Part shown: piece after piece, positions 1-9,413 of the stretch
Layout: every line of letters starts with the position of its first letter
How positions within the stretch are numbered: position 1 is the stretch's first letter
Origin: Candidatus Latescibacterota bacterium
GTDB taxonomy: Bacteria > Latescibacterota > UBA2968 > UBA8231
NCBI GenBank assembly: GCA_965243025.1
Contig: CBDETY010000003.1
Span: forward strand, 3,840,001-3,904,000
Reading direction: 5' to 3'
DNA: 64,000 nucleotides
Program-made: the position numbers and the translations under genes
The notes under the pieces: model-generated
The model's database searches: none
What the model was told of the DNA's origin: nothing
What the model saw: the letters and a program-made list of their open reading frames with translations, nothing else

Positions 1-628
1 GGCGCAGGTAGATGAACTTGATCATGTGCCGCGTCCGCTCCGACAGGTTGATTCCCGCCCCGTGGACGACGTCGAAGTGGGTGATCCACAGGGAGCCGGC
101 CGGCCCCTCCATCGGCAGGGCCCCGGCGCGGTCCTCGCCGGTGACCGTCTTGTTGAACTGCGTGCCCGGGGTGACGTGCGTCGGCCCGTGCTTCACCGGC
201 GTGGCCCGGGGGTAGTAGATGATGCGGGCGTAGCGGGGGTAGTGCTGCCGAGGCCGCGACATCGGCGTGTACGAATCCTGGTGGCAGCGCTGGCCGACCG
301 CCTCGGCGAGGTCCTCGGGGGCCTCGTCGAAGGGGGCCATGTTGTGGCAGTACCGGTGCGGGTGCTCGATGTAGTCGGGCCCGAGCAGGCTGCTCAGCGC
401 CCCGCGCACTTCGGGCGAGTTGAGGACGTGCCGGAACTCCGGGGTATGGGGCAGCAGGTTGTTGCCGAGGTTGGGTCCCAGCTCGAGCATGCGGTCGAGC
501 TTGACGGCGATCGCCTCGTGCACCTCCGCGGGCACGGAGGGGAGGTCGATCCTGAGGTAGCCGTTGGCGATGTAGCTGCGCACCTGCTCGTCGTCGAGCA
601 GGACGGCCTCGGCGCGGGTAGAGGGCAT
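1..628 (-). CDS. Phytanoyl-CoA dioxygenase (PhyH)-like Fe(II)/2OG dioxygenase, 3' end outside window
   Basis: Not in ORF track; manual translation from ATG at 628 gives MPSTRAEAVLLDDEQVRSYIANGYL...CHQDSY...GPTHVTPGTQ...GPAGSLWITHFDVVHGAG, with HxD...H facial triad. Confidence 0.8.
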   Translation of the reverse strand, partial: MPSTRAEAVLLDDEQVRSYIANGYLRIDLPSVPAEVHEAIAVKLDRMLELGPNLGNNLLPHTPEFRHVLNSPEVRGALSSLLGPDYIEHPHRYCHNMAPFDEAPEDLAEAVGQRCHQDSYTPMSRPRQHYPRYARIIYYPRATPVKHGPTHVTPGTQFNKTVTGEDRAGALPMEGPAGSLWITHFDVVHGAGINLSERTRHMIKFIYLR

Positions 629-739
629 GGCGGGTTTGTCTCCGGTTGTCGGGTGGGTTTCCGGTGTCCGGTGCGGAAATATCCCCGCTGGTTTGCGCCG
701 CTGCAAATGGCGATTTTGGGCCCCCGAACCGAACCGGAG

Positions 740-774
740 GGAGAGCTTGATGATGACACCGGATCAGGCCGCGG
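740..774 (+). repeat. 35-bp direct repeat copy 1 (orphan copy of RBS and first codons of the 1836 gene)
   Basis: ggagagcttgatgatgacaccggatcaggccgcgg; 34/35 identical to 1826-1860. Confidence 0.9.
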
Positions 775-784
775 GGGAGCGACC

Positions 785-1801
785 TTGGAGTTGATTGATG
801 TCTGCCGATCTGGAGGTCCCGGGGGGCCCAAAATCCGGAGATGGGGGTGGCTCAAGCCTTTGCTAACCTTGACGCTGGTGGTCTCAGCCTGTGCCGCCCC
901 GCTTTCCGCGCACGTCGGAAACCGTTTGATCCCGATCAGCTATCTCTCAGATGAAGCCCTGGCTGTAATCAACCTCGATGACGGGGTTGTAGTGGACTGG
1001 GAGGATATCCTGGGTGAACCGGTTTTGACCACCCTGGATTTCAACCTGGATTCACCAGCATATGTCGATTACGAGGCCGGCCCTTCCAACTTCGATTTTC
1101 GTATCTGGTTGGGTTGGACTGAGGACGGGAAAATTTATTGCGCAGGCCAGGTTGTCGACGACAGGTACATAGCCATAACCGACGAGGATTTTCCCGTATT
1201 CTTCCGGTCTCGCGGCGACAGCTTCACTCTACGCGTCGACGGAGATCATTCCGGTGGTCAATACCTTCCCCTTCCTGTTTACGAAGAGCTTGCCCAGGAA
1301 GAGGAGGCCATAAATGCAGGAAAACCAATGATGTCGAACAGGCAAGCCCAACAGTACGAGGCGGTCCCCCGCGTACCTGCAGGACCGCAAGTTTCAGTGC
1401 CACAGAATAATATGAATGGTTCCTGGTGGATGGTTTTTCCTCCCTATGCCGAGGGTGCCGGAGGTGCGTACGGCGAAAATCCGACCATCTGGTCGGTCGA
1501 GTTTTACGTCACCTGCTGGGATCGATTGAACAGTGTGGAACCAGAGGGCAGTGTCGTGTCCCAGCTATCCGGGGGAAAGGTGATCGGGCTCGACGTTTGG
1601 GTCTCTGACCATGACAACAAAGGCCACGCTACACCTACCGCATCTGATGGCTTTTACTTTTTGGACAGGCCCGACTCCAGGTTCGGCGTCCATGATGCAA
1701 GTGAATTCTTCGACGGTCTGCTCCTCGGCTCCGCCGGGACGTCCGGCGACTCCGCGGTTGAGCCCACCGCCTGGGGCCGCATCAAGGCTTCATTGGATTG
1801 A
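785..1801 (+). CDS. Secreted hypothetical protein, CBM9/DOMON-like, C-terminal WGRIKASL tag (paralog 1)
   Basis: C-terminal part of ORF 26..1801; signal peptide ...LLTLTLVVSACAAPLSA|HVGNR; motifs GEP.LTT.DF, FRIWLGW, DGDHSGG, PPYAEG.GG, GENP, EFYVT shared with 7207 and 8503 genes; start (TTG 785 or 791) uncertain; fold call is inference. Confidence 0.75.
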   Translation: MELIDVCRSGGPGGPKIRRWGWLKPLLTLTLVVSACAAPLSAHVGNRLIPISYLSDEALAVINLDDGVVVDWEDILGEPVLTTLDFNLDSPAYVDYEAGPSNFDFRIWLGWTEDGKIYCAGQVVDDRYIAITDEDFPVFFRSRGDSFTLRVDGDHSGGQYLPLPVYEELAQEEEAINAGKPMMSNRQAQQYEAVPRVPAGPQVSVPQNNMNGSWWMVFPPYAEGAGGAYGENPTIWSVEFYVTCWDRLNSVEPEGSVVSQLSGGKVIGLDVWVSDHDNKGHATPTASDGFYFLDRPDSRFGVHDASEFFDGLLLGSAGTSGDSAVEPTAWGRIKASLD

Positions 1802-1825
1802 ACAGAACCACCGACCGATCGAGAA

Positions 1826-1860
1826 GGAGAGCTTGATGATGACACCGGAGCAGGCCGCGG
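1826..1860 (+). repeat. 35-bp direct repeat copy 2 (functional RBS and start of PhyH gene)
   Basis: ggagagcttgatgatgacaccggagcaggccgcgg. Confidence 0.9.
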
Positions 1861-2624
1861 CCAAGCGCCGGCAGCTGATTCGCGACGGCTACTGCGTGGT
1901 CGACGATGTATTGACCGACGGCTTCCTGCAGGAGCTGCGCGACGAGTCGGAGCGGCTGATGGAGCACCACGTCATGGCCGCCGAGTTCCGCTACCAGGGG
2001 CAGCACGTCGGCGTCCAGGGCAAGGACAACGAGGTCATCCAGCGGCTGCTGGAGTGGCCGGCCTCGCGGCGGGTGCTGGAGCAGATCGGCTTCGGCGACT
2101 TCGAGAGCACCGGCGGCATCATCATCCTGACCAAGGACCCCGGGGAGCCGGCGCTCTACTGGCACCAGGACTGGATGCAGTGGAACGACCCGTTCAGCTG
2201 TTCCCCGTGGCCGCAGATCGTGTTCCTGTCCTACTACCTGTCCGACACCTCGGTGGAGAACGGCTGCCTCAAGGTGATCCCCGGGTCGCACCTCGAGCGC
2301 CACGAGCTGCACGACCGGCTGGTGCCGGCCCACGAGAAGGGGGCCCGCTTCATCGACGAGGACCACCCGGTCATGTTCAGCGACCACCCCGACCAGCAGG
2401 ACGTGATGGTGAAGGCCGGGTCGCTCACCATCGCCGACGCCCGCCTGCTGCACTCGGCGCACCGCAACCTGACCGGCGTGCGCCGCACCCTGATCCTGGC
2501 CTGGCACCGGCGGCCGCTGACCGTGCCGGACAACTGGGAGGGAGAAATCCCCGAGGTCATCGCCAACCGCGACGCCGCGGCCGAGTACGAGGGCACGCGG
2601 GTCCCGGGGAAGTACCTCGTTTGA
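1836..2624 (+). CDS. PhyH-family dioxygenase
   Basis: RDGYCVV, WHQD, NGCLKVIPGSH, LLHSA motifs; AAGGAG RBS. Confidence 0.9.
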   Translation: MMTPEQAAAKRRQLIRDGYCVVDDVLTDGFLQELRDESERLMEHHVMAAEFRYQGQHVGVQGKDNEVIQRLLEWPASRRVLEQIGFGDFESTGGIIILTKDPGEPALYWHQDWMQWNDPFSCSPWPQIVFLSYYLSDTSVENGCLKVIPGSHLERHELHDRLVPAHEKGARFIDEDHPVMFSDHPDQQDVMVKAGSLTIADARLLHSAHRNLTGVRRTLILAWHRRPLTVPDNWEGEIPEVIANRDAAAEYEGTRVPGKYLV

Positions 2625-2681
2625 GGACCCGCTACCGCGGGGCAGCGCCATCAAACCCATAGCGCCATCCAAAGCCAAACG

Positions 2682-3512
2682 GTGAACGAAATGAACTCAG
2701 CCCGAAAACCTTCAGATCCCGCCCCCATGACCGACGAGCAGAAGTTCTTCTTCGACCTGCGCGGCTGGATCCTCCTGCCTTCGGTGCTTTCGGACGCGGA
2801 GATCGAGCCGATGAAAGCAGAGTGCTACGCCGGGGCCAGGAAGGGATACGAAGGCGCCCTGCAGGACCTGCTCGACCACCCCGCGGTCGCCGGCATCCTC
2901 ACGGAAATTCTCTCGGAAGAGCCGTTCGACCTCGAAGAGTGCTACGGGTTTCGCTGCGAAAGCTCCTTCGTGAGCGTCCGCCCCCCCGGCTGGAAGCCGT
3001 CTGCCGGCGGGGCATTGCCGCACGTGGTGCGCCCGCCCCAGCAGGCCAACGCCATGCGTTACCAGGCCGCGGGAAAGAAGATCTTCTCCGGGCTTACCCG
3101 CGTCGTCTGGGAGCTGGAGGAAGTAAAGGCCGGCATGGGCGGCACTTCCTTCCTGAGCGGCTCGCACAAGGCCCATTTCAACTACGGCGGCCCCGACCCC
3201 TGGGAGGCGAATATCGGAGGTTCTCCTTGGGAAGACGGCATGCGCGCGGTCATGGATGATTACTCCTGTCCGGCGGGATCGGCAGTGATCTTCACCGAGA
3301 GCCTGGCCCATGGCTCGAACGACTGGACCAACCCCCGCAACTCCCGCTGCGCCGTCTTCAACTGCTACAACTCCCTCTGGGCCCAGTGGCACAAGCTCGA
3401 TCTCGCCCACGATGTCATCATGGCGATGCCGCCCAAGCGGCGCACCCTCTTCCGGGGGGTCTGGCAGTTGGGGGGAAACACCGGATACTCCGTGGACAAC
3501 CGGTCCCTCTGA
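2682..3512 (+). CDS. PhyH-like dioxygenase (non-canonical iron motif)
   Basis: MTDEQKFFFDLRGWILLPSVLS, GGTSFLSGSHKA, AGSAVIFTESLAHG; no HxD. Confidence 0.8.
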   Translation: MNEMNSARKPSDPAPMTDEQKFFFDLRGWILLPSVLSDAEIEPMKAECYAGARKGYEGALQDLLDHPAVAGILTEILSEEPFDLEECYGFRCESSFVSVRPPGWKPSAGGALPHVVRPPQQANAMRYQAAGKKIFSGLTRVVWELEEVKAGMGGTSFLSGSHKAHFNYGGPDPWEANIGGSPWEDGMRAVMDDYSCPAGSAVIFTESLAHGSNDWTNPRNSRCAVFNCYNSLWAQWHKLDLAHDVIMAMPPKRRTLFRGVWQLGGNTGYSVDNRSL

Positions 3513-3519
3513 CGCCGGA

Positions 3520-3789
3520 ATGAGCAAGGTCCGCGTCGGAATCATCGGAGCGGGCAACATCGCCAGGCTCCACGCCCACGGGTACGCCAACGCCCCCAGC
3601 GCCGAGCTTCACGCCGTCTGCGACACGAACGGGGACCGCGCCCGCGAGCGCGCCGCGCAGTGGGGGGCGGCGAAGTCCTGCACCGGCTACCGCGACCTGC
3701 TCGACGACCCGGAGGTCGACGCCGTCGACGTCATCACCCCCCGATCTTCCAGGAGATGCCGTCCGGGGAGGTGTACAGCCTGCCGGTGA
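3520..3789 (+). pseudogene. Gfo/Idh/MocA oxidoreductase, N-terminal fragment only
   Basis: MSKVRVGIIGAGNIA...DLLDDPEVDAVDVITP; homology stops at ~3742. Confidence 0.85.
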
Positions 3790-4258
3790 TGTCGTTGTCC
3801 CGGATGTCTCCCACGATCTCCATCGCCGTCAGCTTGTAGCGCCTTTCCGGGTCGGAGTCGAACGGGTCGTACGTGGTCTTGCCGGTCACCGTCGGGTAGG
3901 CGTCGAAGCCGGCGGCGTTGCGGATCGATTCGTCGAAGCCGTACTGCTGCCAGTACCCGAGGTCGGGCTTGCGCCAGTCGATGCCGTCGTCGCTTTCGGC
4001 GTAGCAGAGGATGGAGTTGAAGTTCATCCCCGGGACCACGAGGGCGCCGGATTTCTGGTACCACATCTTGAAGAGGCCGGTCTCCGGATCCCGGAGGTAG
4101 TTGGGGTATACCGAGGTCTGCCCGGCCAGCTCCTCTCCGCCCGCGGCGGAGCCTTCGAGGGTGAGGTCGGCGTCGAGCAGCTCTGGGTTGCAGAACCGCC
4201 GCGCGATGTTGCGCCTGGAGTCGAGCATCCAGTCGTCGAGAAACAGGATCGTCTTCAT
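3734..4258 (-). pseudogene. Truncated beta-propeller glycosidase-like protein (related to 11510 gene)
   Basis: MKTILFLDDW...CYAESDDGIDWRKPDLG...DPERRYK...YTSPDGISW then ends abruptly at ~175 aa. Confidence 0.7.
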
Positions 4259-4418
4259 CTTGCCGCGTCCTTTCGCTCTTTCCCGGCAAGGTAAGGGATC
4301 GGCTTCCGGGGTGCCCCGAGGAGCCGGCTGCGGTCTGTCGGCGGCTCGCACCGGCTCGGTTAAACAGCGTCCTTTCCATTCCGTTCCAGCCCAACCGGAA
4401 AGGAAGAGGAGAATTGAG

Positions 4419-5582
4419 GTGAGCGGCCCGGTTGCCGTCGTCCTCGACGGCGAAGTTGAAATAGTTCCGACCGGCGTTCTGAAGCGGTCGATGATGAGCA
4501 TGGCCCGGCACCTGGACGGGACCGTCTGGCTCAACACCCAGACCGGCCCCCTCTACCGGAGCGCGGACCAGGGCCGTTCGTGGACCCCGGTCCCGGTGGA
4601 GATGCCGGAACTCCACCACCCGCAGGTCCTCCACGGCATCGGCATCGGCCGGGACGGCCGCCTGTGGCTGAGCCACAGCTCCGACCGGGAGTACCCCGGA
4701 GGGCTGTACGGCCAGGACCTCCACGTATCCCACTCGGCGGACGGAGGGACCACCTGGCAGCGGTCGGCCACCGACTTCGGAACAATCCCGCCCGGCGTTC
4801 CCGACATGTGCTTCCACGAAGACGGAAACCGCACCTTCGTCGAGCTGCCCGACGGCACCCTGATGTTCACGACCACGATCGTCCCCGCCCCCGCTCACGC
4901 CGACCGCTGGCCCCCTGCTTCCGGAGAGATGTACGGCGGGCGGGCCGGAGACCTCTTCGGGGACCTGGTCCTGCGCAGCAGCGACGACGGCCGCACCTGG
5001 GGGGATGCCACCCGGGTCGATCCCTTCCTCAATCCCCACGAGTCCAACCTCGCCGTCGATCCCGGCGACGGGGAGCGCATCCTGCTGATGACGCGCTGCC
5101 AGCGGTCGTCCATCCCCGACGAGGATCCGGACGAGTTCCTGGCGAGGACGGGGAACCCCGGGCCCGCGATCAAACAGGGGGTCCTGTTCGAATCGACCGA
5201 CGCCGGCCGCACCTTCAGGGCGGCGGGGTGGACCAACTGGTATGGACACCGGGGGAGTGTTTACTTCGCTCCCAGCCGTACGGTTGTTGTCACGCACTCG
5301 GGCGGGTACCGGGACCGCAGGGTCGTCGCCCGCGTCAGCCTGGACGGGGCGGCCACCTGGCAGGACGGCAGCGCCGATGGGACCGCCGACCTGCTCGCCG
5401 CGCAGAAGTTCGTGCTCCTGCCCGACCCCCCGGGCCATTCTTTCACGACACCGACCATCGAGTTCGAGCCGCGCCATTTTCTCACCGCGTACGGCTGGTA
5501 TCCGGGCGGTGGGGATGAGCTGGCCGTCAACGGGGTGTTCTGGCACCTCGAGCCGGGAGGGTCGGGGCCGGGCGGCCGGTAG
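4419..5582 (+). CDS. Sialidase-like/BNR (Asp-box) beta-propeller protein
   Basis: Repeated S.D.G.TW boxes ([40 protein letters not shown]); GTG start with AGGAG RBS. Confidence 0.8.
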   Translation: MSGPVAVVLDGEVEIVPTGVLKRSMMSMARHLDGTVWLNTQTGPLYRSADQGRSWTPVPVEMPELHHPQVLHGIGIGRDGRLWLSHSSDREYPGGLYGQDLHVSHSADGGTTWQRSATDFGTIPPGVPDMCFHEDGNRTFVELPDGTLMFTTTIVPAPAHADRWPPASGEMYGGRAGDLFGDLVLRSSDDGRTWGDATRVDPFLNPHESNLAVDPGDGERILLMTRCQRSSIPDEDPDEFLARTGNPGPAIKQGVLFESTDAGRTFRAAGWTNWYGHRGSVYFAPSRTVVVTHSGGYRDRRVVARVSLDGAATWQDGSADGTADLLAAQKFVLLPDPPGHSFTTPTIEFEPRHFLTAYGWYPGGGDELAVNGVFWHLEPGGSGPGGR

Positions 5583-5620
5583 CCGGATTGACCAGAATGG
5601 ACGAACAGAAAGGAAACTGT

Positions 5621-7072
5621 ATGCAGGCCGACATCGGTCTGGTAGGACTGGCCGTGATGGGGGAAAACCTCGTGCTGAACATGGCCGGCCGCGGCTTCAC
5701 CGTGGCCGTGTACAACCGTACCACCTCCAAGGTCGACGCCTTCCTCGAGAGCAGGGCCAAGGGCCTGCCGATCCTCGGCGCCCGCTCACCCGCGGAGCTG
5801 GTCTCCCGACTCGCGCCGCCCCGCCGCGTCATGCTGATGGTGCAGGCCGGGAATGCGGTCGACAGGGTGATCGCCGAGTTCCTCCCCCTCCTCGACGAAG
5901 GGGACATCCTGATCGACGGCGGCAACTCGAACTTCGGGGACACGACGCGGCGGACCCGCGACCTCGCAGGGAAGGGGATCCTCTACATCGGCACCGGGGT
6001 GTCCGGGGGCGAGGAGGGGGCCCTCAAGGGGCCGAGCATCATGCCGGGGGGCAACGAGGAGGCGTGGCCCCACGTCGGGGAGATCTTCCGCGCCATCGCC
6101 GCCAGGGTCGACGGCGGCTCCCCCTGCTGCGACTGGATCGGACCCGAAGGGGCCGGCCACTACGTCAAGATGATCCACAACGGCATCGAGTACGGCGACA
6201 TGCAGTTGATCTGCGAGGCCTACTCGCTGCTGCGCCGGGTCTGCGGGATGAGCGCCCAGGAGATGAGCGCCGTCTTCCGCGAGTGGAACCGGGGAGAGCT
6301 CGACAGCTACCTGATCGAGATCACCGGCGACATCCTGGAGCGCACCGACGAGGAGACCGGCAAGCCGATGGTCGACGTCATCCTCGACACGGCCGGACAG
6401 AAAGGGACCGGCAAGTGGACGGGGATCGAGGCGCTGCAGCTCGGAGCCCCGGCGGCGACCATCACCGAGGCCGTCTTCGCGCGCTGCCTCTCCGCTCTCA
6501 AGGAGGAGCGGGTGCGGGCGGCGGCGGTTCTCAAGGGGACGGAGCGCGGCTTCGACGGCGACCGCGCCGCCTTCGTCGAGGACGTGCGCCGCTCCCTGTA
6601 CGCCTCCAAGATCTGCTCCTACGCCCAGGGGTTTCAGCTGCTCAGGGCCGCGGCGGCCGAGCACGAATGGCCGCTCGACTACGGCAGCATCGCCCTGATG
6701 TGGCGCGGCGGCTGCATCATCAGGGCGCGTTTTCTCGGGCGCATCAAGGAGGCCTTCGACGCCGACCCCGGCCTCGCCAACCTGTTGCTGGCGCCCCATT
6801 TCGCCGCCGCTCTCGAGGAGAGCCAGGAATCCTGGCGGCGGGTGGTGGCGGCCGCGGTTCAACTCGGCGTGCCGGTGCCGGCCTTCGGCAGCGCCCTGGC
6901 CTACTACGACGGGTACCGCAGCGAGGTCCTGCCGGCCAACCTGCTGCAGGCGCAACGGGACTATTTCGGCGCCCACACGTACGAGCGCGTCGACCGTCCC
7001 CGCGGCGAGTTCTTCCACACCAACTGGACCGGCCGGGGCGGAACTACGGCGTCGAGCTCCTACAACGTCTGA
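5621..7072 (+). CDS. gnd: 6-phosphogluconate dehydrogenase, decarboxylating (NADP)
   Basis: [54 protein letters not shown]. Confidence 0.97.
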   Translation: MQADIGLVGLAVMGENLVLNMAGRGFTVAVYNRTTSKVDAFLESRAKGLPILGARSPAELVSRLAPPRRVMLMVQAGNAVDRVIAEFLPLLDEGDILIDGGNSNFGDTTRRTRDLAGKGILYIGTGVSGGEEGALKGPSIMPGGNEEAWPHVGEIFRAIAARVDGGSPCCDWIGPEGAGHYVKMIHNGIEYGDMQLICEAYSLLRRVCGMSAQEMSAVFREWNRGELDSYLIEITGDILERTDEETGKPMVDVILDTAGQKGTGKWTGIEALQLGAPAATITEAVFARCLSALKEERVRAAAVLKGTERGFDGDRAAFVEDVRRSLYASKICSYAQGFQLLRAAAAEHEWPLDYGSIALMWRGGCIIRARFLGRIKEAFDADPGLANLLLAPHFAAALEESQESWRRVVAAAVQLGVPVPAFGSALAYYDGYRSEVLPANLLQAQRDYFGAHTYERVDRPRGEFFHTNWTGRGGTTASSSYNV

Positions 7073-7145
7073 TGGGCTTCAGTTGTAAGGAAAACCAGGC
7101 GGTTCTTTTCCACCCGGGGGCGAAGGGGCTTTCGCTTGAATTGTC

Positions 7146-7165
7146 CCACCGCCGAAAGGTGGTGG
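7146..7165. terminator. GC hairpin between convergent genes (possible terminator)
   Basis: ccaccgcc-gaaa-ggtggtgg stem with GNRA loop; no clear U tract. Confidence 0.35.
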
Positions 7166-7206
7166 TTGTAGAAGACAAGCGCTGGAGAATCACGGGCAAG
7201 GACGTC

Positions 7207-8139
7207 TTACTCCGCCAGGGACGCCTTGATCCTCGCCCACGAATCCGGCTTCACTGCTGTCCCGCCGCCCCCGGTCCCGTCAGCCCCGATGAGGACCGCA
7301 TCCACGAACGATTCGGCAAACCTCCATGTTTCCGACTCGAGAGAAGCGGCAGCTTCGTAAATGGTACGCTTGGTTACGTCCCCATCCCTGTCTATTACTA
7401 TCGGGCGCAGCCCGATGATCTTCCCGGGAAACAATTGGGAGACCTCGCTGTTTTCCGGACTCTCCCAGTCCAGGTGGTCGAACGCCGTTACGTAGAACTC
7501 GATGACAGCGACGAGAGGATTTTCGCCGAACAGCCCTCCTCCCGCGTCGCCGTACGGCGGGGAGGTCATCCAGTCGTTGAACTGGTGAGTTATTTCCAGT
7601 ACCAAATTTCGGCCTGTATGTGACATCGCCATGCCGACGTATTCCTGCACGTGCACGTTGAATAACGTCTTGTAGTCGAAGTCGTCGCTGCGCCACCACG
7701 CGGGATCGACCCATTGTCCTCCGCTGTGGTCGCCATCTATGGCGAGTGCGAAAATGTCCCACGCAAACTCCTGGTCGCCGTGCTCAACGTCGGCGCCGAA
7801 CTCATTATCGTAAAGATCATCTGTGGCAGTTACCGCCACGTAGAGGTGATTCGTCAGCCGCCGCCAACCCAACCACATCACGAAGTCCAGGTCGGACGGA
7901 TCGTATGCCTTGGTGTGGCCCCCTTGCAAAATTTCGAAATCCGTAATGGTCAGCGCAGGCTCCCCCAGTATTTCCCACCACTCAGCGACGGTGCCATCCT
8001 GCAGGTCGATTTGGACCGCGGCCTCCTCGGTTATCTCGGGGATCGGAATGACTCGATCACTGAGCTGGGCTCGAGCCGGGCTCTGTCCTCCAGCAAACGA
8101 CCCGGCGATCAAGGCAGCCAACAGGGTTTGAGGTCGCAT
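7207..8139 (-). CDS. Secreted hypothetical protein, C-terminal WARIKASL tag (paralog 2)
   Basis: Signal peptide MRPQTLLAALIAGSFAG..ARA|Q; GEPALTITDF, MWLGW, DGDHSGG, PPYGDAGGG, GENP, EFYVT; ends AVKPDSWARIKASLAE. Confidence 0.85.
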   Translation of the reverse strand: MRPQTLLAALIAGSFAGGQSPARAQLSDRVIPIPEITEEAAVQIDLQDGTVAEWWEILGEPALTITDFEILQGGHTKAYDPSDLDFVMWLGWRRLTNHLYVAVTATDDLYDNEFGADVEHGDQEFAWDIFALAIDGDHSGGQWVDPAWWRSDDFDYKTLFNVHVQEYVGMAMSHTGRNLVLEITHQFNDWMTSPPYGDAGGGLFGENPLVAVIEFYVTAFDHLDWESPENSEVSQLFPGKIIGLRPIVIDRDGDVTKRTIYEAAASLESETWRFAESFVDAVLIGADGTGGGGTAVKPDSWARIKASLAE

Positions 8140-8159
8140 CTTTGATCCTTTCCCGCATC

Positions 8160-8425
8160 AGATTCAGGTTTTCGAGACTGGCGCGCATTGCGTCAACCTT
8201 TCGGAAACGCATATCCCAATCCAGCGAAAGCAAACGCGTGGGGCAAGTCTCTCGAAACAGTTTGGTGGTACGGAAGGAACCTTTCAGCATCGGCATCAGG
8301 CCCAATCGGTGCAGTGTGACCGTCTCTTCCAGACTTCCTCGAGGGCTGCGCAGGGCGGACCGGTTTTTCAGCTCCAATCCCGGTTTGAGCGCCTCCAAGA
8401 CGGCCTTGCCTCCTCGTACGCTGTA
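8160..8425 (-). mobile_element. Degenerate IS256-family transposase C-terminal remnant
   Basis: YEEA..LEALKP.LELKNRSALRS..SLEETVTLHRLGLMPMLKGSFRTT...MRFRKV resembles the IS256 'LEETLTLHRLG...RTTN...RFRKV' region; frameshifted and internally deleted. Confidence 0.7.
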
Positions 8426-8502
8426 GATTCAGTGTCATGGGCAAGGGTCAAGTTCTCGTTGGATTACTGAGGCCCCTTTCCGGAGTTATGCGGAGATTCA
8501 TC

Positions 8503-9366
8503 ATGTCTACCATGTCCCAATGGATGTCGTGGATGTCGATACCAGTCGCGTTTTCCCTCTCGTTGCCAGTGCAAGCACACAAGGGCGACAGAATCATTCC
8601 TGTCTTCGAGATCACCGATGAACAGCTGGAGCTGATCGACATCGAGGAGGGCAGCATCGACGAGTGGGAGGATTTCGGGGAACCCAGCCTGACGACTTTT
8701 GATTTTTCCAGGTTCAGTTACCCTGGTGGAGACGATCTGGCCCACGATATCTCCGACTTCGTTTTCAGAATCTGGCTGGGCTGGAACGGCACACACAACC
8801 GGATTTACGGAAGCATCCAGGCTGCGGATGATTCGTACCGGGGTTTCGATGATGCAATCAGAGTAGACGGGCTGCACTACATGGTCGATGGCGATCATTC
8901 CGGTGGCGGTGATACTGAGCAAGATGCGAAGCAGGCTCAGGTTTTCTCGATTTATGCCGAAACAAGGGATACTCTGAACAACGACATGTGGCTTTTATAC
9001 TACGATGAATGTGAGTGGTGCACGCGCCCGCCGTACGCCGAAGCAGGATCCGGAATCCTCGGGGAGAACCCCGTTTTCTGGGTTATCGAGTTCTACGCGA
9101 CCCCCTTCGACTTGCTGATATGGGACGACCCGGAAGCCAGCATGGTTTCGACTCTGGAGGCCGGGAAGGTTATCGGGCTGTCCATAAACGTGGCCGATAG
9201 CGACACGGACGGTAAGGAATGGGATCTGCATCGATTTATCCCCGGTGGTACGACTGCTGATACCTTCGCCGACGGGCTGTTGGTGGGAAAGCAGGGGGTT
9301 GCAGAGGATGACAGCGTTGTAGAGTCGGCGACATGGGCAAGGATCAAGGCCTCGCTCAATTTCTGA
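8503..9366 (+). CDS. Secreted hypothetical protein, C-terminal WARIKASL tag (paralog 3)
   Basis: Signal peptide ...IPVAFSLSLPVQA|HKGDRIIP; same motif series; ends SVVESATWARIKASLNF; ATG 8503 with GGAG preferred over 8437. Confidence 0.85.
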   Translation: MSTMSQWMSWMSIPVAFSLSLPVQAHKGDRIIPVFEITDEQLELIDIEEGSIDEWEDFGEPSLTTFDFSRFSYPGGDDLAHDISDFVFRIWLGWNGTHNRIYGSIQAADDSYRGFDDAIRVDGLHYMVDGDHSGGGDTEQDAKQAQVFSIYAETRDTLNNDMWLLYYDECEWCTRPPYAEAGSGILGENPVFWVIEFYATPFDLLIWDDPEASMVSTLEAGKVIGLSINVADSDTDGKEWDLHRFIPGGTTADTFADGLLVGKQGVAEDDSVVESATWARIKASLNF

Positions 9367-9413
9367 TGGCATAACCCCGACCCCGAAACCCGCGAAGAAA
9401 GGAAGCAACAGGC

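Noticed and set aside
26-784. N-terminal half of the 591-aa ORF 26..1801
   Set aside because: Antisense shadow of the minus-strand PhyH gene (1-628); the real protein begins at the signal peptide near 785-850
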